64,000 bases of DNA from the human T2T-CHM13v2.0 reference genome, Homo sapiens, in NCBI RefSeq assembly GCF_009914755.1, contig NC_060939.1; one strand, 5' to 3'. A model generated the notes under the pieces. That model saw only the letters and a program-made list of their open reading frames with translations. It was not told where the DNA came from and ran no database searches. The translations under genes and the position numbers were made by a program. Shown here in pieces: positions 1 to 13,400 of this stretch (positions are counted from its first letter, which is position 1; each line of letters starts with the position of its first letter).

Positions 1-250
1 GCTCCTGCCACAGAGTGGCTTGAGAGGCTGCTGCTCTTAACCCAGGGGCGTCCGGAGCAGAGCCATGGATGTGGCTCCAGGCCCCAATCATGGCAAGACC
101 CCCAGGGTCAAAATAGCTGGGGCAGAGATTTGGAAATTGGGATACCCAGGGGTGAGGGCTTAGAGGCCAGGACACCTGAGTAGGGGCAGAGGGTTTCTAA
201 GGTCTGGGAAGCGGATGTCGGTAATCCTGTAGGAAGAAGAGGGCTATTAC

Positions 251-437
251 CTTGTGCTTGTGGTGAAGGCTCTGGGCACCATTCAAGCACTCGGTATAGC
301 TGGTGGGGCTGCCATGGGGCATGTGCTCGGCTACCCAAGAGAGCTCCATGTTGCTCAGGTGGCAGAACTGGTGCAGCTCCACTGAGGCCTGCAGCTGCAG
401 GCCCCGGATGGCCAGATGCCCCTGCAGAAGCTCCAGC
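251..437 (-). CDS. SPTBN5: SPTBN5 coding exon 23 in window (LELLQGHLAIRG...AQSLHHKHK), spectrin repeat; gene continues beyond the left edge
   Basis: TAG acceptor at 438-439, AAG|GTAATA donor, 187 nt, phase fits previous exon. Confidence 0.93.
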
Positions 438-800
438 CTAGGAGGAGGAGGAAGAGATTGGAGAGGTTGGGAACAGAGTGAGCACAAGGCTCCTGGTTCT
501 TTCCTTGGCCAAGCCAGGGCCCGTGAAGAACAAGACCAGGGAATAGAGCAAAGCCTCATCTGACAAAGGGAGGCAGTGGAAGGGCGCCAGGGCCCCACCT
601 CATGGCCTAGATGACTCGCGTGACTGCACTGTGGGGGTCCTGCTAAGGAAGCATAATGGGGTCTCCGACCCTCCCATCCCAGAATGACTCTACTCATAAG
701 GGAGGAGGTCTGGACACCCCGGTCCTGTGGGTGCCATCTTGTGGGACCTTAAATTCACATGGAGGAGTGACACACAGGTGGGTGGGAGGACAGACCCCAC

Positions 801-1015
801 CTCCGGAGGTGCTTCTGGGTCTCTTCCAGGATGGCCGGGGAGGCGGCCATGCCATGGGCCATGGAGGCGAGGGCAGCCATCTTGGCAGCCAGGGTCCGGC
901 TCTCACTCTCCAGCTGTTGGTGCCGTTTCTGCAGCCTCTGGCTGGAGCGCAGGTCCTGCCCTGTTTCCGAGCTCTGTAGGGCCCCTTCGAGCTGCTCCAG
1001 CTGCTCCTTTGCATC
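801..1015 (-). CDS. SPTBN5: SPTBN5 coding exon 22 (DAKEQLEQLEGALQSSETGQDL...QKHLR)
   Basis: CAG acceptor, GT donor, 215 nt; spectrin-repeat G-x-D-L motif. Confidence 0.93.
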
Positions 1016-1416
1016 CTGGGAGGGACGCATGGAGCTGCATTAGGTTCTCTGTGTACAGCACAGCAAGTGGCCTTCCCGGGCTCTGGGACTGTTGGACTTT
1101 TAGGACCAGATTCACCAGGGAGCTCTGTCCCCACCACTGCCAACCCTCGGCCAGAAGTGCCCAATCTTCCCCTGTTCCCTCACGCTTCTTCTTCCCTGGG
1201 GGACTCAAGTGGTGCTGACCACCCGCTGGGCACACAGGAGAGAATCCTGCATTGGCCGACTGAGCGGAAAGCCACGCTCAGCTTGTCCTAGGCCAGAAGC
1301 CTCCAGAGGCTGCAGAGCCAGGGTCAGCAGAACACCCAGACTTCTCCCTCCCCGTTCTGTCCAGCCCAGCCAGGCCTCCGTCTCCCTCTTGTGCCCTGTC
1401 CCTCTTCCCAGTGGAC

Positions 1417-1581
1417 CTGCAGCTGCCTCAGGAGTTGCTCCTGCTGTCCAGCCTGCTGGAGCTCGTCCCCACGCTCAGTCATCTTGCGGTTCAAAGCTTC
1501 CCACTTGCTTCTCAGGCCTTGAAGCCTGGTCTGTATGTCCTCCTGGCCACAGGGCCTCCTACTCAACAGCTCTCTCCCAAC
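1417..1581 (-). CDS. SPTBN5: SPTBN5 coding exon 21 (VGRELLSRR...LLRQLQ)
   Basis: CAG acceptor, weak CAG|GTCCAC donor, 165 nt; KWEAL helix-C motif. Confidence 0.9.
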
Positions 1582-2072
1582 CTGGAGTGGAGATAAAGGC
1601 CCAGGGAGTTTGGCTGAGCTGCTGGTACCACCAGTGGCCGCAGCAGGCTGGACCTGGGTGGCAGTGGAGGTGAGGGGGTGACCACAGCTGCACTCCACGG
1701 GCTGCCTGGAAGAAAGCAGTTCATGTGGCCCCAAAACTGCAGGTAGGGGGGCTTTCCTCTGACCCCTGCAAATAGAGCGGGGTGAGCCGGCATTAGGTTG
1801 GTGGCTGGGGAGAGCCGTGTTCTGGTAGAGGTGGCCGGCTCTGGGACTTGCCACGGAGAGTTGTAGGGGAAGGGATGGATGGCAGCAGCTTTGGGACTGG
1901 TTTGGGTGCCAAGGGGATGCCAGCAGCATCAAGGAGGCTTGCAGGGGGAGGTTCTAGGTTCACGCTGAGGCTGATTTTTCCTTCAAAGACTCTTCCATGA
2001 AAACAGGTGGTGCAGTAGGGTTGGGAATTTGAAGACAAGGAGGCTCTGCACCCTCTGTCCCGTGTCCCCCAC

Positions 2073-2243
2073 CTGCTGCAGGGCCTCCACGTGTCTGCGG
2101 GTGGCGAGTAGCTCGCTCTCAGCTGCTTCGTGCCGCTTGAGTGTCTGCAGGATGTTTCTGCGCGCTCCGGAGGGCTCATGCGCAGCCATCAGCCCCTTCT
2201 CTTCCATCCACTGCATCAGCTCTGCCACATCCTGCTTCCACTC
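2073..2243 (-). CDS. SPTBN5: SPTBN5 coding exon 20 (EWKQDVAELMQWMEEK...EALQQ)
   Basis: 171 nt, GT-AG, conserved spectrin-repeat Trp (WMEEK). Confidence 0.94.
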
Positions 2244-2506
2244 CTGCCAAGAACCAGGCGAGAGTGGGTCTCAGAGCACGGTGGGTGGGGGCTGGTGCCT
2301 AGCCCTGCATCTGAGGGTGGTGTGGCCACAGCCCCTGTTTTCCTCCTCAGGAAAAACCTGAGCTGTGTTGCCTGCCTCACAGAAGGTGTTGAGAGGATGA
2401 ATGACATAGCGCGTGAGGAAAGTGCTCTGTAGGCTGCACAGAGCTCTGTACGGTCTCAGGCTTTCTTTTCAGGGAGGCGTCATGCGACCTGGGCCCAGAC
2501 CCTCAC

Positions 2507-2606
2507 CTGGAGCTGGAGGGAAGCCAGCAACTGCCTCCTCCTCTGCTCACTCCTCCCCTGGAGCCTGGTCCACTGTGCCTGGATACTCTGCAGCTGCTCT
2601 CTGACC
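2507..2606 (-). CDS. SPTBN5: SPTBN5 coding exon 19 (VREQLQSIQAQWTRL...LQLQ)
   Basis: 100 nt, CAG|GTGAGG donor, phases fit. Confidence 0.93.
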
Positions 2607-2767
2607 CTGGAGGGCGGGGGGGGGTTGGAGGAGGGCATGGGAGAGGACTCCCACCCCAGCACGAGGTGCACTCTCCCCCACCCCCTACTCTCCCAGCCCT
2701 AGGGCGGCCGTCTGTGCAGGCTGAGAAAGGGTCATCTGCAGGTGCTGCAGACTGAGGCCAGGCTCAC

Positions 2768-2907
2768 GTGTGTGCAGCTGGGTGCTGGCTCTGAACCAGC
2801 TTCTCGCCGTGTGCCCGCAGAGCCTCTGCCCGAGGCCCCAGGGTGCTCAGGAGCCGCCCAAACTCCCGGTGCTGCTGCAGCAGGCTCAGGGCCTCCCTCA
2901 CGTCCTC
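2768..2907 (-). CDS. SPTBN5: SPTBN5 coding exon 18 (EDVREALSLLQQH...HPAAHT)
   Basis: 140 nt, GT-AG; translated by hand, not shown in the ORF track. Confidence 0.92.
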
Positions 2908-3074
2908 CTGGGAGTGCAGAGACCTGAGGTCATGCCTGGGAGAATGGGGGTCAGGACCATCTCACCCGCCACTGCCCCAGGGGCCTCCTGCCCAGCCTGG
3001 CTTCTGGACTCAAGGGGATGAGCTCCCTCCAGTGATGGGGAGTGACAGCCTAGCTCCACATTCCTGCTCCATAC

Positions 3075-3315
3075 CCCAAGGTTGTCCAGGTGCAGCCAGG
3101 CCTGGTGGTTGGCACAGGTGGCAGTGAAACCATCCACTTCTCGGCCAAACTTCTGCAGCTCCAGCCCCTCTTGCAGCCACTGCTGCCTCTGCTCCCACAA
3201 AACCTTCAGCTCCTGGCCCTGCTGCCCCAGGACCCTCAGAGTGTTGGGCACCTCTTGGGAGTCTGGGCAGTCCAAGGCTGCCATGGGCTGGCTCTGAGCG
3301 TCCAGCTGCTGCAGC
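3075..3315 (-). CDS. SPTBN5: SPTBN5 coding exon 17 (LQQLDAQSQPM...HLDNLG)
   Basis: 241 nt, GT-AG, spectrin repeat. Confidence 0.93.
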
Positions 3316-4300
3316 CTGACCAGGATGACAGGCAGAGAGTCAAACCCCAGCAGGCTCCCTCGTCAGCCTCCTTCTCCTCTCACCTCCAGGGTTCACGCAT
3401 CTTGGATCATGAATGAGACACTGAATGTGATAGGCCCAGCAGAGTGCTTAGGGTGCAGGGGTTCCCAATCCCCCATCGGCTCCAGCCGGCCGTCCTTAAG
3501 TGTGGACTGCCAACAGCCGATGCCCGGCCTAGAGGACATGCGGAGGCAGCACAGTGTGAGAGAGAAAAATCACGCAAGCCACAAAAGCACCTGACCGCAG
3601 GGCCACTGCAAGCCCCCATGGAGGCTTTGAACAATCAGAAAAGGTGCTCCTTTCAGCAGGTGGCTTGGGAACAGGTAACACCCTTGTGTGAATTAGAGCA
3701 AGGCTCCACTTCCTCTGAGCCGCTGCAGAACCAGGTACTGGAGTCTGGCAAGCTGAGGGCCAGATGCATTTCAGTGCCCACTTGGCCACCTGTCAAGTGC
3801 CTTCAGGAGGGGCACAGCCTGTGGACTGTCCCTGGTGGCCTTGCCTGCCTGCCAGCCCATAACATCATCCCTGCAGGAGGAGAGGCGCCACCTTACTAAG
3901 GAGGTGGGGATCTCAGACCCGTGGGTGGGTCCTGAGCCATTCCACTTAGGGGCCGCTGGGGTCCGTGTTACCAGGACGGCAGGGGGGGCTAGACGCCCTG
4001 ACTGAAAGCAATGCATCGGGCCCACCTGGAGGGGGCCAGCCGGGCCTGGGCTGCAGAGAGCCTCCCAGGCAGCTCAGTGTCCTGGGTCTCTCCTCGAAGT
4101 GTACAGGCTGCCTGACCCAGTCCTAGATTATATCCTCCTCTGTGTAAACTTGCCTCAAGCAGCATGCCAGACACCAACCAGTCTGGGCCCCTCCCTGGGG
4201 AAATCACACTACTTCCCGCATGCTCTTTCTGGGCCTGAACCCAGAGCCCAGAGCCCTGGGCCCAGCTCAAAGTGCACCCCTTCTGCCCTCCTGTCCTGAC

Positions 4301-4588
4301 CTCTCCTGCCACAGGTGGATCTCCTCCAGCAGGTCTTGGTGCTCCCTCAGCAGCCGCTGAGCCGAGGCCACATCCACTGACACCTCCTTGCTGCGCAGCT
4401 GAGCCTGGACACTCTCTGCCCACAGTAGCAGTTGCTGGCTCTCTTGCAGGAAGCTCTGCCGGGCCTGAGTCTCAGCCTGGCGCCGGGCCCGTTGGGCCAC
4501 TTGTTCCTGTACTTGCTTCAGCAGCCCCTGCAGTGTCTCCACCTGTCCTTGCAGAGGCTGGCTCTCTGCGTAGCCTGGCTCCTCGACC
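4301..4588 (-). CDS. SPTBN5: SPTBN5 coding exon 16 (VEEPGYAESQPL...HLWQER)
   Basis: 288 nt, GT-AG, spectrin repeat (DVASAQRLLREH). Confidence 0.93.
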
Positions 4589-4745
4589 CTGGGAGACAGG
4601 GTGCGCTGCACAGTCAGTGCCCTGTCCTGGGCCTGGTGCCCCAGGCACATGTCCTCTCTCCAAACCTGCATCCCCCAGGGAGAGTGGTGCTGACTCTCAA
4701 TGCCCACCCCACCCTTGACCTGGGGGCAGCAAGAACATAGGGCTC

Positions 4746-5107
<362 letters not shown>

Positions 5108-5218
5108 CTACCTGTTGTCTCCCCATCCCAATTTCTGTCCCTTCCTCATTCCACTGCCCTGCCCACGCCTTCCCATGGTCCTCACTGCCTCCCAATGCCA
5201 CCACTGCGCTGGCCGTAC

Positions 5219-5458
5219 TTTACGACCACACTTTGGAGGAAGTGGACCCTCCTCTCCAGCACCAGGGTCTTCTTCTGGGCCAGCTGCAGGGCGTGGCGGG
5301 TGTCCTCTGAGCTCCCTGGCTGCAGGGCCTCCAGCTGGAGGAGCACGTCTCGCAGCTGGACCTGTGTGGGTCCACACTCCTGCAGAAAACTGCACACTTC
5401 CACACTGTGTGCCAGCTGCACGGCCTTCTCCCTCTTCAGGGCCTCCAGCTGCCCCCAC
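5219..5458 (-). CDS. SPTBN5: SPTBN5 coding exon 15 (WGQLEALKREK...QSVVVK)
   Basis: 240 nt, AA|GTACGG donor gives the phase needed by the next exon. Confidence 0.9.
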
Positions 5459-5692
5459 CTGGGCAGAGGGTACAAGGTTGTCTCCACAACAGGGACACCT
5501 CCCCATCCATCCGGGAGCCTTGGCCAGAGCCTCACGTGACAGAAGCTGCCAGACTGGCTGTCCCTTGCCCCTTCCCTGTGCCTCGGACACGTCCAGCCTC
5601 TCCATCTGGCATGGCGGGAGGCAGGTGAGTCAGGCCCGGGCTGGGCACTGTGTCTGCCTGCCTCACCACCTGCACTCCTGCCTCATTCTCAC

Positions 5693-5823
5693 CTCTGGCT
5701 CAGTTCCTCCTGCTGTCGTTGGATTTGTGTGGAGTTCCCAGGATATCTCTGCCTCAGTTGCTCAGCAGAGCTGCTGACCTCAGCCCAGAGGCCCTTTCCC
5801 ACAGCCAGGGCAGTGAGGAAGTT
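5693..5823 (-). CDS. SPTBN5: SPTBN5 coding exon 14 (NFLTALAVGKGLWAEV...EELSQR)
   Basis: 131 nt, TAG acceptor, AG|GTGAGA donor; hand translation. Confidence 0.92.
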
Positions 5824-6118
5824 CTAGGGAAAAGGAGGACCCAGCCCTCTTGGGGGACTTTTTCTCTTTCCACACTCCCCTCTAGCCTATGACGGACCTG
5901 AGTGGTGCTCTCTGCTACAGGGATGCTCATGCTGCCTGCCCCTGGAAAGACAGCCATCCGAGTCCTTAAGGGCCAGGAGGCCCTCGAAATTCAGGCCAGC
6001 TCTCTGCTCCCCTCCCCCAGGCAGGACGGTAGTTAAATTGGAAAACTGAGTCACAGCAGCAGACCACAGGGAGGCAGGGGCAAGGCGAGGAGGAGGTGCC
6101 AAGCTCCCAGGGCTGTAC

Positions 6119-6271
6119 CTCATATTTGAGCTGCATGACCTCCAGGGTGTCAGCCTGGGGCTGCACCCTTTGGAGCAGCACTGTCTGCTTCTCCAGCCAC
6201 AACTGGAGCTCCCCACAGGAACTGCAGAAACCGAACAGGGCCATGGCCTCCTCCAACCGGGCCCTGCGGAG
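6119..6271 (-). CDS. SPTBN5: SPTBN5 coding exon 13 (LRRARLEEAMALF...QLKYE)
   Basis: 153 nt, GT-AG, WLEKQ motif. Confidence 0.93.
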
Positions 6272-6992
6272 CTGGGGAGAGGTGGCCCAAGGCTGGGGTG
6301 AGGGTCAGGGCCCCCGACAGGGCTCTCAGAGCGGGTCAAAGGGGTGCTCCTCCCCATCCCAGCCCACCAGCAGAGCCCAGGGTCAGGGCCAGAGGGGGTC
6401 CCTGCCTCACTGCTGGGCCCCACATCCTCTCTCAGAGCCCTCTTGGCACCACCTGGAGGGAGATGGCAAGGGCTTAGGGAAGGGTAAAGGGCACTGGCAG
6501 TGTGCTCCTGTCTGGTCTTGCCCTGCTGAAACCTCTCAGTGCCAGCCCTGCTCTAAGGTGAAATCCACGCCGCTCCCTCTGCCTGCTCCACCCCCACCTG
6601 CCTCTCTAGTCTCTCCTCTGGCCATGGCCTCCCCAGCGTCTGTGCTGCAGGGACCTGGGCCTTCGCTTCCTCCGCTGGGCCCCCTTCCTACCTTTGCACA
6701 GGTCCTGGCCAGCACCCCTGGGTTTACCTGCTTTCTGTTTCTCATTCAAGCCTCAGCTTAAAAGTCCTTCCCTCCAAGGTGCCTTCCCTGACCTCCAGCC
6801 TGACCTGGGCTACCTTCTCATGTGATCCCATCACACCTGCATCTAATGAGTTGTCTGACATCTTCTCAGCCATGATAAAAGCTCCTTGAGGACAGGGAAC
6901 ATGTCAGTCACTGCCTTGTCCCCTGGGATCACTGCACAGGAGCTGCTGGCACAGAGTAAGGACTCGAGCATTTCTTGAAAAAGAAGTGTTAC

Positions 6993-7193
6993 CTGTGCCA
7001 GGGCCCGCAGACTCTCATAGTCCTGACTCAAGTGGTCCTGTGTCTGGAGTATAGTGTTGGGATCAAAGTCAGGGTCAGGCTCAGCTGGGAGGGCCATCTT
7101 CCAGGCATCCCCAGGGCCAGGGTGGCAGGAAGCCTCACTCCAGGGCCCTGGGTTCCTCAGGCTTTCTCCTGGAGGGCTCAGGGCAGAGTTCAC
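6993..7193 (-). CDS. SPTBN5: SPTBN5 coding exon 12 (VNSALSPPGESL...LRALAQ), Pro-rich insert plus helix C
   Basis: 201 nt, CAG acceptor, CAG|GTAACA donor. Confidence 0.9.
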
Positions 7194-7894
7194 CTGTGTG
7201 ACAAAGGGCAGCGCGTCTACAGGCGACCCCATCAAGCAGCAGGGGCTTTGGCCAGGCCACCCCTACCTCCGTGCCCTGAGACCTGGAGGCGCTGAGCTGT
7301 AGCTCAAAGGGTGTGTGGGACATGGGTCTGGGGGACAGGAAGCTTCCTTGGGGCTGAGGGTCGAGGGGCCAAACGTGAGCACAGGATCTGATGGCTTTGA
7401 TTTCCACATCGTGTGCTGCATACACAGCTTCTTGAAAGAGGGCTGTGAGCCAAGCTATACGTGTTTTAAAGAACTTTGGGGGCTCAATGAACTGAGCAAG
7501 GGGTGTCAGAAGGCAGTCTGGGTGAGTGATGAGGCCACCCCAAACCAACAAGGCGGGCTAAGTCAGGAGAGACAGTCACTACTGGCCTGGGTGAAAGTGG
7601 AGGGGACCTTCCTGGAGGAAAGTGCTTAACGGTCTGAAACTGCCGGCAACAGGAGCCAGGCCAAGCTGTATTTGGATGCCCTCGGTTGACGTGGGCAGAC
7701 AGGATTCCACTACTTCTGGGCTAGGTCAACAAGTGAGATGCCACTGAGGACTGGGGTGAGGGACACCTACACCCACGGGAAGGCCACGAATCCTGGGCCA
7801 GAGGCCACAAAGGCCCTCCCATTTTTGTCCTCTGTGTGGCCCAGCCGCGGTGGAGCAAGGGAGACCAGGCGCCCTTCCCTGTCCCCGTCCTCAC

Positions 7895-8104
7895 CGTGAA
7901 TAACGACGCCCGGGCCGAGGCCGCCCGCCCCTGCTCCTCCAGCCGCCGCAGCTCGGCCGCGAAGGCGCGCAGGACGCGCTCCAGCCGCACGTGGCGCCTC
8001 AGCAGGGTCTCGGCGGCCGCCTGGTCCTGACCGCAGGACGCTCTCTCCAGCGAGGATCGCCGCTCGCGCAGCCACGAAGCCGCCTCCGCCGCGTCCGCGA
8101 AGTA
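7895..8104 (-). CDS. SPTBN5: SPTBN5 coding exon 11 (YFADAAEAASWLRERR...ASLFT)
   Basis: 210 nt, GT-AG, canonical spectrin helix A. Confidence 0.94.
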
Positions 8105-8227
8105 CTGTGGGAGGGGGTCGGGGGTGGTGTGGGTGAAGGGGCGCGGCTGAGCGCGGGCAGGTGCTGGCACCCCCACCCCCGCCTCGCCGGGCCCCGCCCC
8201 CACCCCGCCTCCACCCCTCCCCACTAC

Positions 8228-8428
8228 CTGCAGGACCAGCAGGGCTGTCTGCAGCCGTGCGCCCCGCCCCACCACCCGGGTCTGGAGCAGCTGCCACCCT
8301 CCCTGAACGGCCTCTGCCCGTTCCCCGGGATCCGGCTGCGTTGGGGGCCTGCGGGCGCTGAGGTCGCGTCCCCTCCGCACGAGATCTACGCACACGGCCT
8401 GGTGGCGGTGGACCTCAGCTTCCAGGGC
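8228..8428 (-). CDS. SPTBN5: SPTBN5 coding exon 10 (ALEAEVHRHQAV...ALLVLQ)
   Basis: 201 nt, TAG acceptor, GTAGTG donor. Confidence 0.93.
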
Positions 8429-8543
8429 CTAGCGGGGGGCAGAGCAGGGGGCTCAGTGAAGGCAGAACAGGGGAGGGGGCCGGGGGCCCGAGAGGGAAGG
8501 GCAAGGCGCTGGCGACCGGCGGGCGCGCTCGGGGAGCTGACAC

Positions 8544-8697
8544 CTTGTGTTTCTGCAGGGCGCCTGCGATCTGGCTGAGATCCCGGCCCAGGGCCGCATT
8601 CCCCACCCGCTGTCCGCACTCCTTCAGCCAGGCTTCCTCCTCCTCACAGTTGCGCAGGAACTCTGCCCGCTGCAGGGTCTGCTCCAGCAGGGCCCGC
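8544..8697 (-). CDS. SPTBN5: SPTBN5 coding exon 9 (RALLEQTLQRAEFLRNCEEEEAWLKE...QKHK)
   Basis: 154 nt, GT-AG, EEEAWL motif. Confidence 0.94.
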
Positions 8698-8954
8698 CTG
8701 AGGGACAATAGGGGCCACCGAAGGACATGGGGAGTCGTGAGGCATGGGCAGTGGGTTCCCCTCCGGGTTTAGACACTCCCCTTAGACAGGATTTTTCTTT
8801 TCCCTGGATGACTCAACAGGTGAGACGGAGGCTTTGGAAGTGAGGGTCAGTGTGGAGAAAACTGCCAGGCCAACAGTACTTTAACCTGGGCAGGAGATAA
8901 TTTGGGTTACAGAAAAGTTCTGGGAAAGGTGGAAGAGTTGGGGCAGGCTCTTAC

Positions 8955-9187
8955 CGGGCCCTGACAAGAGCCACCAGGCTCTGTTGGAGCTGGGCCAGTG
9001 TCCTGGCCTTGGCCTGCAGCACCTCCACACTGGTGCCCAGGGAGGAGTCCAGCTCTGCTGTCTGCTGAGCAAGATGGCTCACATGGGCTCCGTGGGCCGA
9101 GACTTGAGCCTCCAGCAGGTCATGCCTCTGCAGCAGCTCCACCACTTCTGCCAGCTGCTGCCCACAGGCGGTGGACCTGGCCGGCTC
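8955..9187 (-). CDS. SPTBN5: SPTBN5 coding exon 8 (EPARSTACGQQL...LVRAR)
   Basis: 233 nt, CG|GTAAGA donor. Confidence 0.93.
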
Positions 9188-9306
9188 CTGGCCAGAGATG
9201 ATGGTCATTGCAGTGGTCCCAAGGTGCTGGGTCCCTCTGAGCACTGGCACTGGGGAAGTCCCCCACCCTGCTGTGTTTCCCAAGGGCCTGCTGGTCCAGT
9301 GCCCAC

Positions 9307-9445
9307 CTGCAGCTCCTCCAGCTGGTGGGAGGCAGCCTCCACCTCCTGCAGCAGGCTCAGCACAGCCTGCATGTCTGCCACCTGCTTCCTCTGTCCCTGT
9401 AGATGCTGAAGGAGCCTCTGCCAGCGCACGGTAACTTCCTCCTGC
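9307..9445 (-). CDS. SPTBN5: SPTBN5 coding exon 7 (QEEVTVRWQRLL...LEELQ)
   Basis: 139 nt, GT-AG. Confidence 0.93.
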
Positions 9446-9549
9446 CTAGAGGATATGAGAATAAGGGAGATCTCCTCTGGGTTGGGGCAGGGAAGCTACT
9501 TCAGGGTTCCTGGTCTGTGGTGGGGCTTGGCTGCCCTGGAAGAGTCTGA

Positions 9550-11472
<1,923 letters not shown>

Positions 11473-11693
11473 CAGAGGCTACCTAGAAAGTGAAAGTGCT
11501 TCACCAATAGGAATGAATTACTGATAGTGGGCTTGCAAGCATCACTGGGAGATAGATCTTTGTAGAGGGATCCCTGAACCCATAAATCATCCCTCTCCTC
11601 TCTGGCAAAGAATGGGCACATGACATGGAAGGATGGGGGTGTGGTAGGACAGCCTCAGCCAGCTGTGGGGAGAGTTCATGTGCTGGGGCTCAC

Positions 11694-12325
11694 CTGCGGG
11701 CCACATCTGCCCAGCTGTGGTACTGCTCCTGCCGGAGGATGTCTGCGATCTCAGCCAGGGCCTGGAAGCGCCCCTCCTGGGGCAGGATGCCAGCCTCCAG
11801 CATGCCCAGCCTCTGGACGGCTGCCTCCACTGTGGCCAGGCTGGCTGGCGGGGCTCTGGCCTGGTCTAGCACCTGCTCTGCATCCTTAAGGAAACTCTCC
11901 CGGAGGGCTGCCTTGCGCTGGAAGCGCCGGGCCAGGGTTTCTAGCCGCTGCAGCTGCAGTAGCCTCTGCTGCAGGGCCTGGCTCCTTGCAGCCTCTGCCC
12001 ACTCCAGCCCTGCCCAGCACTGGGACAGCTCTGCAAGGCCCAGGCCCTCATGAGGCAGGAAGGGCCTGCGGTTCTGGGCTTGGAGTGCTGTCTGTAGCCG
12101 GAAGAGCAGGGCCTCTGCGGCCCCTCGCTGCTGTAGCCGGGGTGGCTTCTCCTGGGTGCGGAAGATGGTGAATGCTGCCAGTAGCTGCCGCATGGCGGGC
12201 AGCGAGTCTGGAAAATCCCGCGCCTCCAGCTGCATCTGCTTCTCTGCAATCCAGCGTAGAAGGTCAGCCACCAGCTGCTCGTACTGGGTCTGCAGCAGCT
12301 CTGTCTCCTGGAGCTGAAGCAGGAT
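11694..12325 (-). CDS. SPTBN5: SPTBN5 coding exon 6 (ILLQLQETELLQTQYEQL...WADVARR), first spectrin repeats
   Basis: 632 nt, GT-AG, beta-spectrin repeat-1 motifs (LLRWI, FRTQEKPP). Confidence 0.95.
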
Positions 12326-13171
12326 CTGGTGGAGGGCATAGGAAGGGGTCAGGGTCCTTCTCAGGGCAGGCCCTGGAATGGGCACTGAGTGCCAGCCAGA
12401 GTTCCCCAGGTGGGCTGTAGCTACTTCTCTGAGCCAAAGATGCTTTGAAGTGGTGGTACCCCCACCCCAGAGAACTGGGTTTGCTTGGATTGCACACTCA
12501 GACCCAGGAGCTTGGGGACCCTCTCCATGACTGAGGGTGAGGCTATCCTGCCTTCTTCCTCTTGTTTTACCCATTTGGCCTCACTGGTGGGGTTGAGGCC
12601 CTTCAGGCTGCTGTTCTTTTTCTAGGCCGCCTTTCCCTTCCCTGAGCCTCCTACCCCATAAAGCAGCTCACAGCCCTTGGCCTGTGTCACCCCCACCCAC
12701 ACCCCAAATGAGATACCCACCTTGAGAAGAGCACTTCCAGGCCTTAGCCTCTGCCATCGTGTCCAGAGAGTAAGGAAGCCCCCCAAAAACATGAATTCTG
12801 CGTAGCCCCCGCTGGCAGAGCCTTTTCTGTGCCTGTCCTTGCAGAATCCTGGCTCTCTAAGCCTTTTAATCCCATTAGAAGCTTAATAGCCCGAGAGTCG
12901 GGAAGAAGGGGGAGGCCCAGGAAGGGCCATTCCTCCCCTGGCTTCCCTTGTATACCAGGCACCGTGCTGGGCCCATTACCCATGCTCCCTGGAACACTCA
13001 CAAGGGCCTTCGGTTATCCAGGCATCATCATCTCCATGTGATAGAGGGTGCACAGTGAAGTTGGGTGACTTGGCCAAGGCCACACAGCTAGTACGTGGCA
13101 GGGCAGGCTTCACGCTTAGGCCTGTCTGCCTCTGGAGCCCTTGCTCACCCCACCCCTCCTTTCTCCCCCAC

Positions 13172-13400
13172 CTTAGTGAGTCTCCTCTGGACAGTCTGCC
13201 CCTGATGCAGGCGGGAGCAGTAGTGGTAGTAGAGGGAGACGTAGGTCATGATAGAGCGCTCATCTGGCTGTGCGGCTGCCACGTCCTCGGGGTCCAGCAG
13301 CTGAGCAATGCCCAGCTCCTGCTCAGCCACCAGGAAAGCAAAAGCAAGGTTGTGCAGTGGGCGGTCTGGACGCAGGGAGCCGTAGTCCAACAGGTCTGGC
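13172..13400 (-). CDS. SPTBN5: SPTBN5 coding exon 5, CH2 domain (PDLLDYGSL...QRRLTK)
   Basis: 229 nt; LGIAQLLDPEDV and PDERSIMTYVS CH2 motifs. Confidence 0.96.

Larger units (their letters stand above)
7840..8700. promoter_or_regulatory. Intragenic CpG island over SPTBN5 coding exons 9-11
   Basis: Dense CpG in both exons and introns; GC boxes (CCCCGCCCC) near 8192 and 8261. Confidence 0.75.
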
